Part shown: in pieces, positions 12,101-26,450 of the stretch
How positions within the stretch are numbered: position 1 is the stretch's first letter
Layout: each line of letters begins with the position of its first letter
Source of the DNA: Eledone cirrhosa
Lineage: Eukaryota
Length of the DNA stretch: 64,000 nucleotides
Reading direction: 5' to 3'
NCBI GenBank assembly: GCA_964016885.1
Contig: OZ024743.1
Span: 206,088,001 to 206,152,000 of the forward strand
Notes under the pieces: model-generated
What the model saw: only the letters and a program-made list of their open reading frames with translations
Database searches by the model: none
What the model was told of the DNA's origin: nothing
Made by a program: the position numbers and the translations under genes

Positions 12101-15100
12101 TCGCTGGCTGGAAATTATCTCCCCTTGGACGCTGGAAATTATAGCCCCTTGGAAGGCTGGAAGTTATCTTCCCTTGGAGGGCTGGAAATTATCTTCCCTT
12201 GGACGGCTGGAAATTATCTCCCCTTGATTTTTTTTACAAATTATCTCCCCCTGATTTTTTTTTACAAATTATCTCCCCCTGATTTTTTTTTACAAATTAT
12301 CTCCTGATTTTTTTTACAAATTATCTCCCCTTGGCTGGCTGGAAATTATCTCCCCTTGGAGGCTGGAATTTATCTCCCCTTGGACGGCTAGAAATTACCT
12401 CTCCTTGGACGGCTGAAAATTATCTCCCCTTGATTTTTTTTACGAATTATCTCCCCCTGATTTTTTTTTTTACAAATTATCTCCCCCTGATTTATTTTAC
12501 AAATTATCTCCGCCTGATTTTTTTAAATATTATCTTCCCTTGGCTGGCGGGAAATTATCTCCCCTTGGACGGCTGGAAACTATCTCCCCTTGGACAGCTG
12601 GAAATTATCTGCCCTTGATTTTGTTTTTACAAATTATCTCCCCCTGATTTTTTTTACAAATTATCTCCACCTGATTTTTTAAAAAATTATCTCCTCTTGG
12701 ACGGCTGGAAATTATCTCCCCTTGGCTGGAAATTATCTCCCCTTGGACGGCTAGAAATTATCTCTCTTTGGACGGCTGGAAATTATCTCCCTTTGATTTT
12801 TTTTACAAATTATCTCCCTCTGATTTTTTTTACAAATCTCCCCTTGATTTTTTAAAAAAATTATCTCCCCTTCGCTGGCTGGAAATTATCTCCCCTTGGA
12901 CACTGGAAATTATAGACCCTTGGAGGGCTGGAAATTATCTTCCCTTGGACGGCTGGAAATTATCTCCTTTGATTTTTTTCACAAATTATCTCCCCCTGAT
13001 TTTTTTTTACAAATTATCTCCGCCTGATTTTTTTAAAAAAATTATCTCCCCTTGGCTGGATGGAAATTTTCTCCCCTTGGACGGCTGGAAATTATCTCCC
13101 CTTTATGTCTTCTACAAATTATCTGGCCCTGATTTTTTTTACAAATTATCTCTCCCTGATTTTTTTTACAAATCTCCCCTTGATTTTTTTAAAAAATTAT
13201 CTCCCCTTCGCTGGCTGGAAATTATCTCCCCTTGGACACTGGAAATTATAGACCCTTGGAGGGCTGGAAATTATCTTCCCTTGGACGGCTGGAAATTATC
13301 TCCTCTTGATTTTTTTTACAAATTATCTCCCCCTGATTTTTTTTTTCAAATTATCTCCGCCTGATTTTTTTTTAAAAATTATCTCCCCTTGGCTGGATGG
13401 AAATTTTCTCCCCTTGGCCGGCTGGAAATTATTTCCCCTTGGCTGGAAATTATCTCCCCTTGGACGGCTAGAAATTATCTCTCTTTGGACGGCTGGAAAT
13501 TATCTCCCCTTGATTCTTTTTACAAATTATCTCCCCCTGATTTTTTTTACAAATCTCCCAGTGATTTTTAAAAAAAAATTATCTCCCCTTCGCTGGCTGG
13601 AAATTATCTCCCCTTGGACGCTGGAAATTATAGCCCCTTGGAGGCTGGAAATTATCTTCCCTTGGACGGCTGGAAATTATCTCCACTTGATTTTTTTTAC
13701 AAATTATCTCCCCCTGATTTTTTTTTACAAATTATCTCCCCCTGATTTTTTTTTTACAAATTATCTCCGCCTGATTTTTTTAAAAAAATTATCACCCCTT
13801 GGACGGCTGGAAATTATCTCCCCTTGGACGGCTGGAAATGATCTCCCCTTGGACGGCTAGAAATTACCTCTCCTTGGACGGCTGAAAATTATCTCCCCTT
13901 GATTTTTTTTACGAATTATCTCCCCCTGATTTTTTTTTTTACAAATTATCTCCCCCTGATTTTATTTTACATATTATCTACCCCTGATTTTTTTTACAAA
14001 TTATCTCCCCCTGATTTTTTTTTTACAAATTATCTGCCCCTGATTTTTTTACAAATTATCTCCCACTGATTTATTTTACAAATTATCTCCGCCTGATTTT
14101 TTTAAATATTATCTTCCCTTGGCTGGCGGGAAATTATCTCCCCTTGGACGGCTGGAAACTATCTCCCCTTGGACAGCTGGAAATTATCTGCCCTTGATTT
14201 TGTTTTTACAAATTATCTCCCCCTGATTTTTTTTACAAATTATCTCCACCTGATTTTTTAAAAAATTATCTCCCCTTGGACGGCTGGAAATTATCTCCCC
14301 TTGGCTGGAAATTATCTCCCCTTGGACGGCTAGAAATTATCTCTCTTTGGACGGCTGGAAATTATCTCCCTTTGATTTTTTTTACAAATTATCTCCCTCT
14401 GATTTTTTTTACAAATCTCCCCTTGATTTTTTTAAAAAATTATCTCCCCTTTGCTGGCTGGAAATTATCTCCCCTTGGACACTGGAAATTATAGACCCTT
14501 GGAGGGCTGGAAATTATCTTCCCTTGGACGGCTGGAAATTATCTCCTCTTGATTTTTTTTACAAATTATCTCCCCCTGATTTTTTTTTACAAATTATCTC
14601 CGCCTGATTTTTTTTTAAAAATTATCTCCCCTTGGCTGGATGGAAATTTTCTCCCCTTGGACGGCTGGAAATTATCTCCCCTTTATGTCTTCTACAAATT
14701 ATCTGGCCCTGATTTTTTTTTACAAATTATCTCTCCCTGATTTTTTTTACAAATATCTCCCCTTGGCTGGCTGGAAATTATCTCCCCTTCGCTGGCTGGA
14801 AATTATCTCCCATTGGACGGCTGGAAATTATCTCCCCTTGGACGCCTAGAAATTACCTCTCCTTGGACAGCTGTAAATTATCTCCCCTTGGACGGCTGGA
14901 AATTATCTCGCCTTGGACGGCTGGAAATTATCTCCCCTTGATTTTGTATACAAATTATCTCCCCCTGATTTTTTTTTACAAATTATCTGCCCCTGATTAT
15001 TTTTTTACAAATTAGCTCCGCCTGATTTTTTTTAAAAATTATCTCCCCTTGGACGGCTGGAAATTATCTCCCCTTGGACGGCTGGAAATTATCTCCCCTT

Positions 15101-18060
15101 GAACGGCTAGAAATTACCTCTCCTTGGACGGCTTAAAATTATCTCCTTTTGGACGGCTGGAAATTATCTCCCCTTGATTTTTTTACAAATTATCTCCCCC
15201 TGATTTTTTTTTACAAATTATCTCCCCCTGATTTTTTTTTTACAAATTATCTACCCCTGATTTTTTTTTCCAAATTATCTCCCCCTGATTTTTTTTTACA
15301 AATTATCTCCCCCTGATTTTTTTTTACAAATTATCTCCCCCTGATTTTTTTACAAATTATCTCCCCTTGGCTGGCTGGAAATTATCTCCCCTTGGAGACT
15401 GGAATTTATCTCCCCTTGGACGGCTGGAAATTATCTCCCCTTGGACGGCTAGAAATTACCTCTCCTTGGACGGCTGGAAATTATCTCCCCTTGAACGGCT
15501 GGAAATTATCTCCCCTTGGACGGCTGGAAATTATCTCCCCTTGGACGGCTGGAAATTACCTCTCCTTGGACGGCTGGAAATTATCTCCCCTTGGACGGCT
15601 GGAAATTATCTCCCCTTGGACGGCTGGAAATTATTTCCCCTTGATTTTTTTTACAAATTATCTCCCCCTGATTTATTTTACAAATTATCTCCGCCTGATT
15701 TTTTTAAATATTATCTTCCCTTGGCTGGCGGGAAATTATCTCCCCTTGGACGGCTGGAAACTATCTCCCCTTGGACAGCTGGAAATTATCTGCCCTTGAT
15801 TTTGTTTTTACAAATTATCTCCCCCTGATTTTTTTTACAAATTATCTCCACCTGATTTTTTAAAAAATTATCTCCTCTTGGACGGCTGGAAATTATCTCC
15901 CGTTGGCTGCAAATTATCTCCCCTTGGACGGCTAGAAATTACCTCTCTTTGGACGGCTGGAAATTATCTCCCCTTGATTTTTTTTACAAATTATCTCCCC
16001 CTGATTTTTTTTACAAATCTCCCAGTGATTTTTAAAAAAAAATTATCTCCCCTTCGCTGGCTGGAAATTATCTCCCCTTGGACGCTGGAAATTATAGCCC
16101 CTTGGAGGGCTGGAAATTATCTTCCCTTGGACGGCTGGAAATTATCTCCCCTTGATTTTTTTTACATATTATCTCCCCCTGATTTTTTTTTACAAATTAT
16201 CTCCCCGATTTTTTTCTACAAATTATCTCCCCCTGATTTTTTTTTTACAAATTATCTCCGCCTGATTTTTTAAAAAAAATTATCTCCCCTTGGACGGCTG
16301 GAAATTATCTCCCCTTGGACGGCTGGAAATTATCTCCCCTAGGACGGCTAGAAATTACCTCTCCTTGGACGGCTGAAAATTATCTCCCCTTGGACGGCTG
16401 GAAATTATCTCCCCTTGATTTTTTTACAAATTATCTCCCTCTGATTTTTTTTTACAAATTATCTCCCCCTGATTTTTTTTTACAAATTATCTCCCCCTGA
16501 TTTTTTTTTACAAATTATCTCCCCCTGATTTTTTTACAAATTATCTCCCCTTGGCTGGCTGGCAATTATCTCCCCTTGGAGGCTGGAATTTATCTCCCAT
16601 TGGACGGCTGGAAATTATCTCCCCTTGGACGGCTAGAAATTACCTCTCCTTGTACGGCTGGAAATTATCTCCCCTTGAACGGCTGGAAATTATCTCCCCT
16701 TGGACGGCTGGAAATTATCTCCCCTTGGACGGCTGGAAATTACCTCTCCTTGGACGGCTGGAAATTATCTCCCCTTGGACGGCTGGAAATTATCTCCCCC
16801 TGATTTTTTTTTACAAATTATCTCCGCCTGATTTTTTTTAAAAAATTATCTCCCCTTGGCTGGATGGAAATTTTCTCCCCTTGGACGGCTGGAAATTATC
16901 TCCCCTTTATGTTTTCTACAAATTATCTACCCCTGATTTTTTTTTTACAAATTATCTCTCCCTGATTTTTTTTACAAATATCTCCCCTTGGCTGGCTGGA
17001 AATTATCTCCCCTTGGCTGGCTGGAAATTATCTCCCCTTGGACGGCTGGAAATTATCTCCCCTTGGACGCCTAGAAATCACCTCTACTTGGACAGCTGTA
17101 AATTATCTCCCCTTGGACGGCTGGAAATTATCTCGCCTTGGACGGCTGGAAATTATCTCCCCTTGATTTTGTATACAAATTATCTCCCCCTGATTTTTTT
17201 TTACAAATTATCTGCCCCTGATTATTTTTTTACAAATTAGCTCCGCCTGATTTTTTTTTAAAATTATCTCCCCTTGGACGGCTGGAAATTATCTCCCCTT
17301 GGACGGCTGGAAATTATCTCCCCTTGAACGGCTAGAAATTACCTCTCCTTGGACGGCTGAAAATAATCTCCCCTTGGACGGCTGGAAATTATCTCCCCTT
17401 GATTTTTTTACAAATTATCTCCCCCTGATTTTTTTTTACAAATTATCTCCGCCTGATTTTTTTTAAAAATTATCTCCCCTTGGACGGCTGGAAATTATCT
17501 CCCCTTGGACGGCTGGAAATTATCTCCCCTTGATTTTTTTTTCCAAATTATCTCCCCCTGATTTTTTTTTTACAAATTATCTACCCCTGATTTTTTTTTA
17601 CAAATTATCTCCCCCTGATTTTTTTTACAAATCATCTCCCCCTGATTTTTTTTTACAAATTATCTCCCCCCGATTTTTTTACAAATTATCTCCCCCTGAT
17701 TTTTTTTACAAATTATCTCCGCCTGATTTTTTTTAATATTATCTTCCCTTGGCTGGCGGGAAATTATCTCCCCTTGGACGGCTGGAAATTATCTCCCCTT
17801 GGAAGGATGGAAATTATCTCCCCTTGGACGGCTGGAAATTATCTCCCCTTGCACTGCTGGAAATTATCTCCCCTTGGACGGCAGGAAATTATCTGCCCTT
17901 GATTTTGTTTTTACAAATTATCTTCCCCTGATTTTTTTACAAATTATCTCCACCTGATTTTTTAAAAAATTATCTCCCCTTGGACGGCTGGAAATTATCT
18001 CCCCTTGGCTGGAAATTATCTCCCCTTGGACGGCTAGAAATTATCTCTCTTTGGACGGCT
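122..18060 (+). repeat. ~7.55-kb higher-order repeat, about 2.2 copies (starts ~122, ~8760, ~16315)
   Basis: The rare variant CCCCTAGGACGGCTAGAA and identical pseudo-ORFs occur at 122, 8760 and 16315. Collinear ORF offsets: 7812->15367 and 8760->16315 (7555), 2094->11364 (9270), 3860->13306 (9446), 1807->10314 (8507). Confidence 0.85.
3767..7622 (+). repeat. 1917-bp direct tandem duplication
   Basis: ORF pairs 3860/5777, 3943/5860, 4830/6747, 4901/6818, 5103/7020 and 5194/7111 are all offset by exactly 1917. The private variant AAATGATCACCCC (~4341, ~6258) is shared. Identity at this offset starts at 3767/5684 and ends at 5705/7622. Confidence 0.93.
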
Positions 18061-19610
18061 GGAAATTATCTCCCCTTGATTTTTTTTACAAATTATCTCC
18101 CCCTGATTTTTTTTACAAATCTCCCAGTGATTTTTTTAAAAAAATTATCTCCCCTTCGCTGGCTGGAAATTATCTCCCCTTGGACGGCTGGAAATTACCT
18201 CTCCTTGGACGGCTGAAAATTATCTCCCCTTGGACGGCTGGAAATTATCTCCCCCTGATTTTTTTTTACAAATTATCTCCGCCTGATTTTTTTTTTTAAA
18301 TTATCTCCCCTTGGCTGGATGGAAATTTTCTCCCCTTGGACGGCTGGAAATTATCTCCCCTTTATGTTTTCTACAAATTATCTACCCCTGATTTTTTTTT
18401 TACAAATTATCTCTCCCTGATTTTTTTTACAAATATCTCCCCTTGGCTGGCTGGAAATTATCTCCCCTTGGCTGGCTGGAAATTATCTCCCCTTGGACGG
18501 CTGGAAATTATCTCCCCTTGGACGCCTAGAAATCACCTCTACTTGGACAGCTGTAAATTATCTCCCCTTGGACGGCTGGAAATTATCTCGCCTTGGACGG
18601 CTGGAAATTATCTCCCCTTGATTTTGTATACAAATTATCTCCCCCTGATTTTTTTTTACAAATTATCTGCCCCTGATTATTTTTTTACAAATTAGCTCCG
18701 CCTGATTTTTTTTTAAAATTATCTCCCCTTGGACGGCTGGAAATTATCTCCCCTTGGACGGCTGGAAATTATCTCCCCTTGAACGGCTAGAAATTACCTC
18801 TCCTTGGACGGCTGAAAATTATCTCCCCTTGGACGGCTGGAAATTATCTCCCCTTGATTTTTTTACAAATTATCTCCCCCTGATTTTTTTTTACAAATTA
18901 TCTCCGCCTGATTTTTTTTTTAAATTATCTCCCCTTGGACGGCTGGAAATTATCTCCCCTTGGACGGCTGGAAATTATCTCCCCTTGATTTTTTTTTCCA
19001 AATTATCTCCCCTGATTTTTTTTTACAAATTATCTACCCCTGATTTTTTTTTACAAATTATCTCCCCCTGATTTTTTTTACAAATTATCTCCCCCCGATT
19101 TTTTTACAAATTATCTCCCCCTGATTTTTTTTACAAATTATCTCCGCCTGATTTTTTTTAATATTATCTTCCCTTGGCTGGCGGGAAATTATCTCCCCTT
19201 GGACGGCTGGAAATTATCTCCCCTTGGAAGGATGGAAATTATCTCCCCTTGGACGGCTGGAAATTATCTCCCCTTGCACTGCTGGAAATTATCTCCCCTT
19301 GGACGGCTGGAAATTATCTGCCCTTGATTTTGTTTTTACAAATTATCTTCCCCTGATTTTTTTACAAATTATCTCCACCTGATTTTTTAAAAAATTATCT
19401 CCCCTTGGACGGCTGGAAATTATCTCCCCTTGGCTGAAAATTATCTCCCCTTGGACGGCTAGAAATTATCTCTCTTTGGACGGCTGGAAATTATCTCCCC
19501 TTGATTTTTTTTACAAATTATCTCCCCATGATTTTTTTTACAAATCTCCCAGTGATTTTAAAAAAAAAATTATCTCCCCTTCGCTGGCTGGAAATTATCT
19601 CCCCTTGGAC
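16720..19610 (+). repeat. ~1.43-1.46-kb tandem duplication (boundaries approximate)
   Basis: Identical pseudo-ORFs 16881/18336 (offset 1455) and 17749/19174 (offset 1425). The variant AGAAATCACCTCTACTTGG is present in both copies. Confidence 0.75.
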
Positions 19611-20589
19611 GCTGGAAATTATAGCCCCTTGGAGGGCTGGAAGTTATCTTCCCTTGGAGGGCTGGAAATTATCTTCCCTTGGACGGCTAGAAATTACCTC
19701 TCCTTGGACGGCTGAAAATTATGTCCCCTTGGACGGCTGGAAATTATCTCCCCTTGATTTTTTTTACAAATTATCTCCCCCTGATTATTTTTTACAAATT
19801 ATCTCCCACTGATTTTTTTTTTACAAATTATCTCCCCTTGGACGGCTGGAAATTATCTCCCCTTGGACGGCTGGAAATTATCTCCCCTTGGACGGCTAGA
19901 AATTACCCCTCCTTGGACGGCTGAAAATTATCTCCCCTTGGACGACTGGAAATTATCTCGCCTTGGACGGCTGGAAATTATGTCCCCTTGATTTTGTATA
20001 CAAATTATCTCCCCCTGATTTTTTTTTACAAATTATCTCTCCCTGATTTTTTTTACAAATATCTCCCCTTGGTTGGCTGGAAATTATCTCCCCTTGGCTG
20101 GCTGGAAATTATCTCCCCTTGGACGGCTGGAAATTATCTCCCCTTGGACGACTAGAAATTACCTCTCCTTGGACAGCTGTAAATTATCTCCCCTTGGACG
20201 GCTGGAAATTATCTCGCCTTGGACGGCTGGAAATTATCTCCCCTTGATTTTGTATACAAATTATCTCCCCCTGATTTTTTTTTACAAATTATCTGCCCCT
20301 GATTATTTTTTTACAAATTAGCTCCGCCTGATTTTTTTTAAAAATTATCTCCCCTTGGACGGCTGGAAATTATCTCCCCTTGGACGGCTGGAAATTATCT
20401 CCCCTTGAACGGCTAGAAATTACCTCTCCTTGGACGGCTGAAAATTATCTCTCCTTGGACGGCTGGAAATTATCTCCCCTTGATTTTTTTACAAATTATC
20501 TCCCCCTGATTTTTTTTTACAAATTATCTACCCCTGATTTTTTTTTCCAAATTATCTCCCCCTGATTTTTTTTTTACAAATTATCTCCC

Positions 20590-23500
20590 CCTGATTTTTT
20601 TACAAATTATCTCCCCTTGGCTGGCTGGAAATTATCTCCCCTTGGAGGCTGGAATTTATCTCCCCTTGGACGGTTGGAAATTATCTCCCCTTGGACGGCT
20701 AGAAATTACCTCTCCTTGGACGGCTGGAAATTATCTCCCCTTGAACGGCTGGAAATTATCTCCCCTTGGACGGCTGGAAATTATCTCCCCTTGGACGGCT
20801 GGAAATTACCTCTCCTTGGACGGCTGGAAATTATCTCCCCTTGGACGGCTGGAAATTATCTCCCCTTGGACGGCTGGAAATTATTTCCCCTTGATTTTTT
20901 TTACAAATTATCTCCCCCTGATTTTTTTTACAAATATCCCCCTAATTTAAAAAAAAATTATCTCCCCTTCGCTGGCTGGAAATTATCTCCCTTTGGACGG
21001 CTGGAAATTATAGCTGCTTGTAGGGCTGGAAATTATCTCCCCTTGGACGGCTGGAAATTATCTCCCCTTCATTTTTTTACTAATTATCTCCCCCTGATTT
21101 TTTTTTACAAATTATCTCCGCCTGATTTTTTTAAAAAAATTATCTCCCCTTGGCTGGATGGAAATTTTCTCCCCTTGGACGGCTGGAAATTATCTCCCCT
21201 CTATGTCTTCTACAAATTATCTACCCCTGATTTTTTTTTTACAAATTATCTCTCCCTGATTTTTTTTACAAATATCTCCCCTTGGCTGGCTGGAAATTAT
21301 CTCCCCTTGGACGGCTGGAAATTATCTCCCCTTGGACGCCTAGAAATTACCTCTCCTTGGACAGCTGTAAATTATCTCCCCTTGGACGGCTGGAAATTAT
21401 CTCGCCTTGGACGGCTGGAAATTATCTCCCCTTGATTTTGTATACAAATTATCTCCCCCTGATTTTTTTTTACAAATTATCTGCCCCTGATTATTTATTT
21501 TACAAATTAGCTCCGCCTGATTTTTTTTTTAAATTATCTCCCCTTGGACGGCTGGAAATTATCTCCCCTTGGACGGCTGGAAATTATCTCCCCTTGGACG
21601 GCTGGAAATTATCTCCCCTTGATTTTTTTACAAATTATCTCCCCCTGATTTTTTTTTTACAAATTATCACCCCCTGATTTTTTTTACAAATTATCTCCCC
21701 CTGTTTTTTTTTACAAATTATTTCACACTGATTTTTTTACAAATTATCTCCCCCTGATTTTTTTTACAAATTATCTCCGCCTGATTTTTTTAAATATGAT
21801 CTTCCCTTGGCTGGCGGAAAATCATCTCCCCTTGGACGCCTGGAAATTATCTCCCCTTGGAAGGATGGAAATTATCTCCCCTTGGACGGCTGGAAATTAT
21901 CTCCCCTTGCACTGCTGGAAATTATCTCCCCTTGGACGGCTGGAAATTATCTGCCCTTGATTTGATTTTACAAATTATCTTCCCCTGATTTTTTTTACAA
22001 ATTATTTCCACCTGATTTTTTAAAAAATTATCTCCCCTTGGACGGCTGGAAATTATCTCCCCTTGGCTGGAAATTATCTCCCCTTGGACGATTAGAAATT
22101 ATCTCTCTTTGGACGGCTGGAAATTATCTCCCCTTGATTTTTTTTACAAATTATCTCCCCCTGATTTTTTTTACAAATCTCCCAGTGATTTTTTAAAAAA
22201 AATTATCTCCCCTTCGCTGGCTGGAAATTATCTCCCCTTGGACGCTGGAAATTATAGCCCCTTGGAGGGCTGGAAGTTATCTTCCCTTGGAGGGCTGGAA
22301 ATTATCTTCCCTTGGACGGCTGGAAATTATCTCCCCTTGATTTTTTTTACAAATTATCTCCCCCTGATTTTTTTTTACAAATTATCTCCCCCTGATTTTT
22401 TTTTTTACCAATTATCTCCACCTGATTTTTTTAAAAATTATTTCCCCTTGGACGGCTGGAAATTATCTCCCCTTGGACGGCTGGAAATTATCTCCCCTTG
22501 GACGGCTAGAAATTACCTCTCCTTGGACGGCTGAAAATTATCTCCCCTTGGACGGCTGGAAATTATCTCCCCTTGATTTTTTTTACAAATTATCTCCCCC
22601 TGATTTTTTTTTACAAATTATCTCCCCCTGATTTTTTTTTACAAATTATCTACCCCTGATTTTTTTTTACAAATTATCTCCTGATTTTTTTTACAAATTA
22701 TCTCCCCTTGGCTGGCTGGGAATTATCTCCCCTAGGAGGCTGGAAATTATCTCCCCTTGGACGGCTAGAAATTACCTCTCCTTGGACGGCTGGAAATTAT
22801 CTGCCCTTGGACGGCTGGAAATTATCTCTCCTTGGACGGCTGGAAATTATCTGCCCTTGGACGGCTGGAAATTATCTCCCCTTGGACGGCTGGAAATTAT
22901 TTCCCCTTGATTTTTTTACAAATTATCTCACCCTGATTTTTTTTTACAAATCTCCCCCTAATTTTAAAAAAAATTATCTCCCCTTCCCTGGCTGGAAATT
23001 ATCTTCCTTTGGACGGTTGGAAATTATAGCCGCTTGTAGGGCTGGAAATTATCTCCCCTTGGACGGCTGGGAATTATCTCCCCTTGATTTTTTTACTAAT
23101 TATCTCACCCTGATTTTTTTTTACAAATTATCTCCGCCTCATTTTTTAAAAAAAATTATCTCCCCCTGGCTGGATGGAAATTATCTCCCCTTGGACGGCT
23201 GGAAATTATCTCCCATTGATTTCTTCTACAAATTATCTACCCCTGATTTTTTTTTTACAAATTATCTCTCCCTGATTTTTTTTTACAAATATCTCCCCTT
23301 GGCTGGCTGGAAATTATCTCCCGTTGGCTGGCTGGAAATTATCTCCCCTTGGACGGCTGGAAATTATCTCCCATTGATTTTTTTTACAAATTATCTCCCC
23401 TTGGCTGGCTGGAAATTATCTCCCCTTGGCTGGCTGGAAATTATCTCCCCCTGAAATTTTTTTACAAATTAGCTCCCCCTGATTTTTTTTTACAAATTAT

Positions 23501-26450
23501 CTCCCCCTGATTTTTTTTTTTACAAATTATCTCCGCCTGATTTTTTTACAAATTATCTCCCCTTGGCTGGCTGGAAATTATCTCCCCTTGGAGGCTGGAA
23601 TTTATCTCCCCTTGGACGGCTGGAAATTATCTCCCCTTGGACGGCTAGAAATTACCTCTCCTTGGACGGCTGGAAATTATCTCCCCTTGAACGGCTGGAA
23701 ATTATCTCCCCTTGGACGGCTGGAAATTATCTCCCCTTGGACGGCTGGAAATTATCTCCCCTTGGACGGCTGGAAATTATCTCCCCTTGGACGGCTGGAA
23801 ATTATTTCCCCTTGATTTTTTTTACAAATTATCTCCCCCTGATTTTTTTTACAAATATCCCCCTAATTTAAAAAAAAATTATCTCCCCTTCGCTGGCTGG
23901 AAATTATCTCCCTTTGGACGGCTGGAAATTATAGCTGCTTGTAGGGCTGGAAATTATCTCCCCTTGGACGGCTGGAAATTATCTCCCCTTCATTTTTTTA
24001 CTAATTATCTCCCCCTGATTTTTTTTTACAAATTATCTCCGCCTGATTTTTTTAAAAAAATTATCTCCCCTTGGCTGGATGGAAATTTTCTCCCCTTGGA
24101 CGGCTGGAAATTATCTCCCCTTTATGTCTTCTACAAATTATCTACCCCTGATTTTTTTTTTACAAATTATCTCTCCCTGATTTTTTTTACAAATATCTCC
24201 CCTTGGCTGGCTGGAAATTATCTCCCCTTGGACGGCTGGAAATTATCTCCCCTTGGACGCCTAGAAATTACCTCTCCTTGGACAGCTGTAAATTAACTCC
24301 CCTTGGACGGCTGGAAATTATCTCGCCTTGGACGGCTGGAAATTATCTCCCCTTGATTTTGTATACAAATTATCTCCCCCTGATTTTTTTTTACAAATTA
24401 TCTGCGCCTGATTATTTATTTTACAAATTAGCTCCGCCTGATTTTTTTTTTAAATTATCTCCCCTTGGACGGCTGGAAATTATCTCCCCTTGGACGGCTG
24501 GAAATTATCTCCCCTTGGACGGCTGGAAATTATCTCCCCTTGATTTTTTTACAAATTATCTCCCCCTGATTTTTTTTTTACAAATTATCTCCCCCTGATT
24601 TTTTTTACAAATTATCTCCCCCTGTTTTTTTTTACAAATTATTTCACCCTGATTTTTTTACAAATTATCTCCCCCTGATTTTTTTTACAAATTATCTCCG
24701 CCTGATTTTTTTAAATATGATCTTCCCTTGGCTGGCGGAAAATCATCTCCCCTTGGACGCCTGGAAATTATCTCCCCTTGGAAGGATGGAAATTATCTCC
24801 CCTTGGACGGCTGGAAATTATCTCCCCTTGCACTGCTGGAAATTATCTCCCCTTGGACGGCTGGAAATTATCTGCCCTTGATTTTGATTTTACAAATTAT
24901 CTTCCCCTGATTTTTTTTACAAATTATTTCCACCTGATTTTTTAAAAAATTATCTCCCCTTGGACGGCTGGAAATTATCTCCCCTTGGCTGGAAATTATC
25001 TCCCCTTGGACGATTAGAAATTATCTCTCTTTGGACGGCTGGAAATTATCTCCCCTTGATTTTTTTTACAAATTATCTCCCCCTGATTTTTTTTACAAAT
25101 CTCCCAGTGATTTTTAAAAAAAAATTATCTCCCCTTCGCTGGCTGGAAATTATCTCCCCTTGGACGCTGGAAATTATAGCCCCTTGGAGGGCTGGAAGTT
25201 ATCTTCCCTTGGAGGGCTGGAAATTATCTTCCCTTGGACGGCTGGAAATTATCTCCCCTTGATTTTTTTTACAAATTATCTCCCCCTGATTTTTTTTTAC
25301 AAATTATCTCCCCCTGATTTTTTTTTTACCAATTATCTCCACCTGATTTTTTTAAAAATTATTTCCCCTTGGACGGCTGGAAATTATCTCCCCTTGGACG
25401 GCTGGAAATTATCTCCCCTTGGACGGCTAGAAATTACCTCTCCTTGGACGGCTGAAAATTATCTCCCCTTGGACGGCTGGAAATTATCTCCCCTTGATTT
25501 TTTTTACAAATTATCTCCCCCTGATTTTTTTTTACAAATTATCTCCCCCTGATTTTTTTTTACAAATTATCTCCTGATTTTTTTTACAAATTATCTCCGC
25601 TTGGCTGGCTGGAAATTATCTCCCCTTGGAGGCTGGAAATTATCTCCCCTTGGACGGCTAGAAATTACCTCTCCTTGGACGGCTGGAAATTATCTGCCCT
25701 TGGACGGCTGGAAATTATCTCTCCTTGGACGGCTGGAAATTATCTGCCCTTGGACGGCTGGAAATTATCTCCCCTTGGACGGCTGGAAATTATTTCCCCT
25801 TGATTTTTTTACAAATTATCTCCCCCTGATTTTTTTTTACAAATCTCCCCCTAATTTTAAAAAAAATTATCTCCCCTTCGCTGGCTGGAAATTATCTTCC
25901 TTTGGACGGTTGGAAATTATAGCCGCTTGTAGGGCTGGAAATTATCTCCCCTTGGACGGCTGGGAATTATCTCCCCTTGATTTTTTTACTAATTATCTCA
26001 CCCTGATTTTTTTTTTCAAATTATCTCCGCCTCATTTTTTAAAAAAAATTATCTCCCCTTGGCTGGATGGAAATTATCTCCCCTTGGACGGCTGGAAATT
26101 ATCTCCCATTGATTTCTTCTACAAATTATCTACCCCTGATTTTTTTTTTACAAATTATCTCTCCCTGATTTTTTTTTACAAATATCTCCCCTTGGCTGGC
26201 TGGAAATTATCTCCCGTTGGCTGGCTGGAAATTATCTCCCCTTGGACGGCTGGAAATTATCTCCCATTGATTTTTTTTACAAATTATCTCCCCTTGGCTG
26301 GCTGGAAATTATCTCCCCTTGGCTGGCTGGAAATTATCTCCCCCTGAAATTTGTTTACAAATTAGCTCCCCCTGATTTTTTTTTACAAATTATCTCCCCC
26401 TGATTTTTTTTTTTACAAATTATCTCCGCCTGATTTTTTTTAAATTATCT
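20590..26450 (+). repeat. ~2.9-kb tandem duplication (boundaries approximate)
   Basis: ORF offsets 20617->23563 (2946), 21282->24203 (2921) and 22708->25601 (2893). Shared variants: AAATATGATCTTCCC-GGCGGAAAATCATC, TATAGCCGCTTGTAGG, CCCCTGAAATT. Confidence 0.8.
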
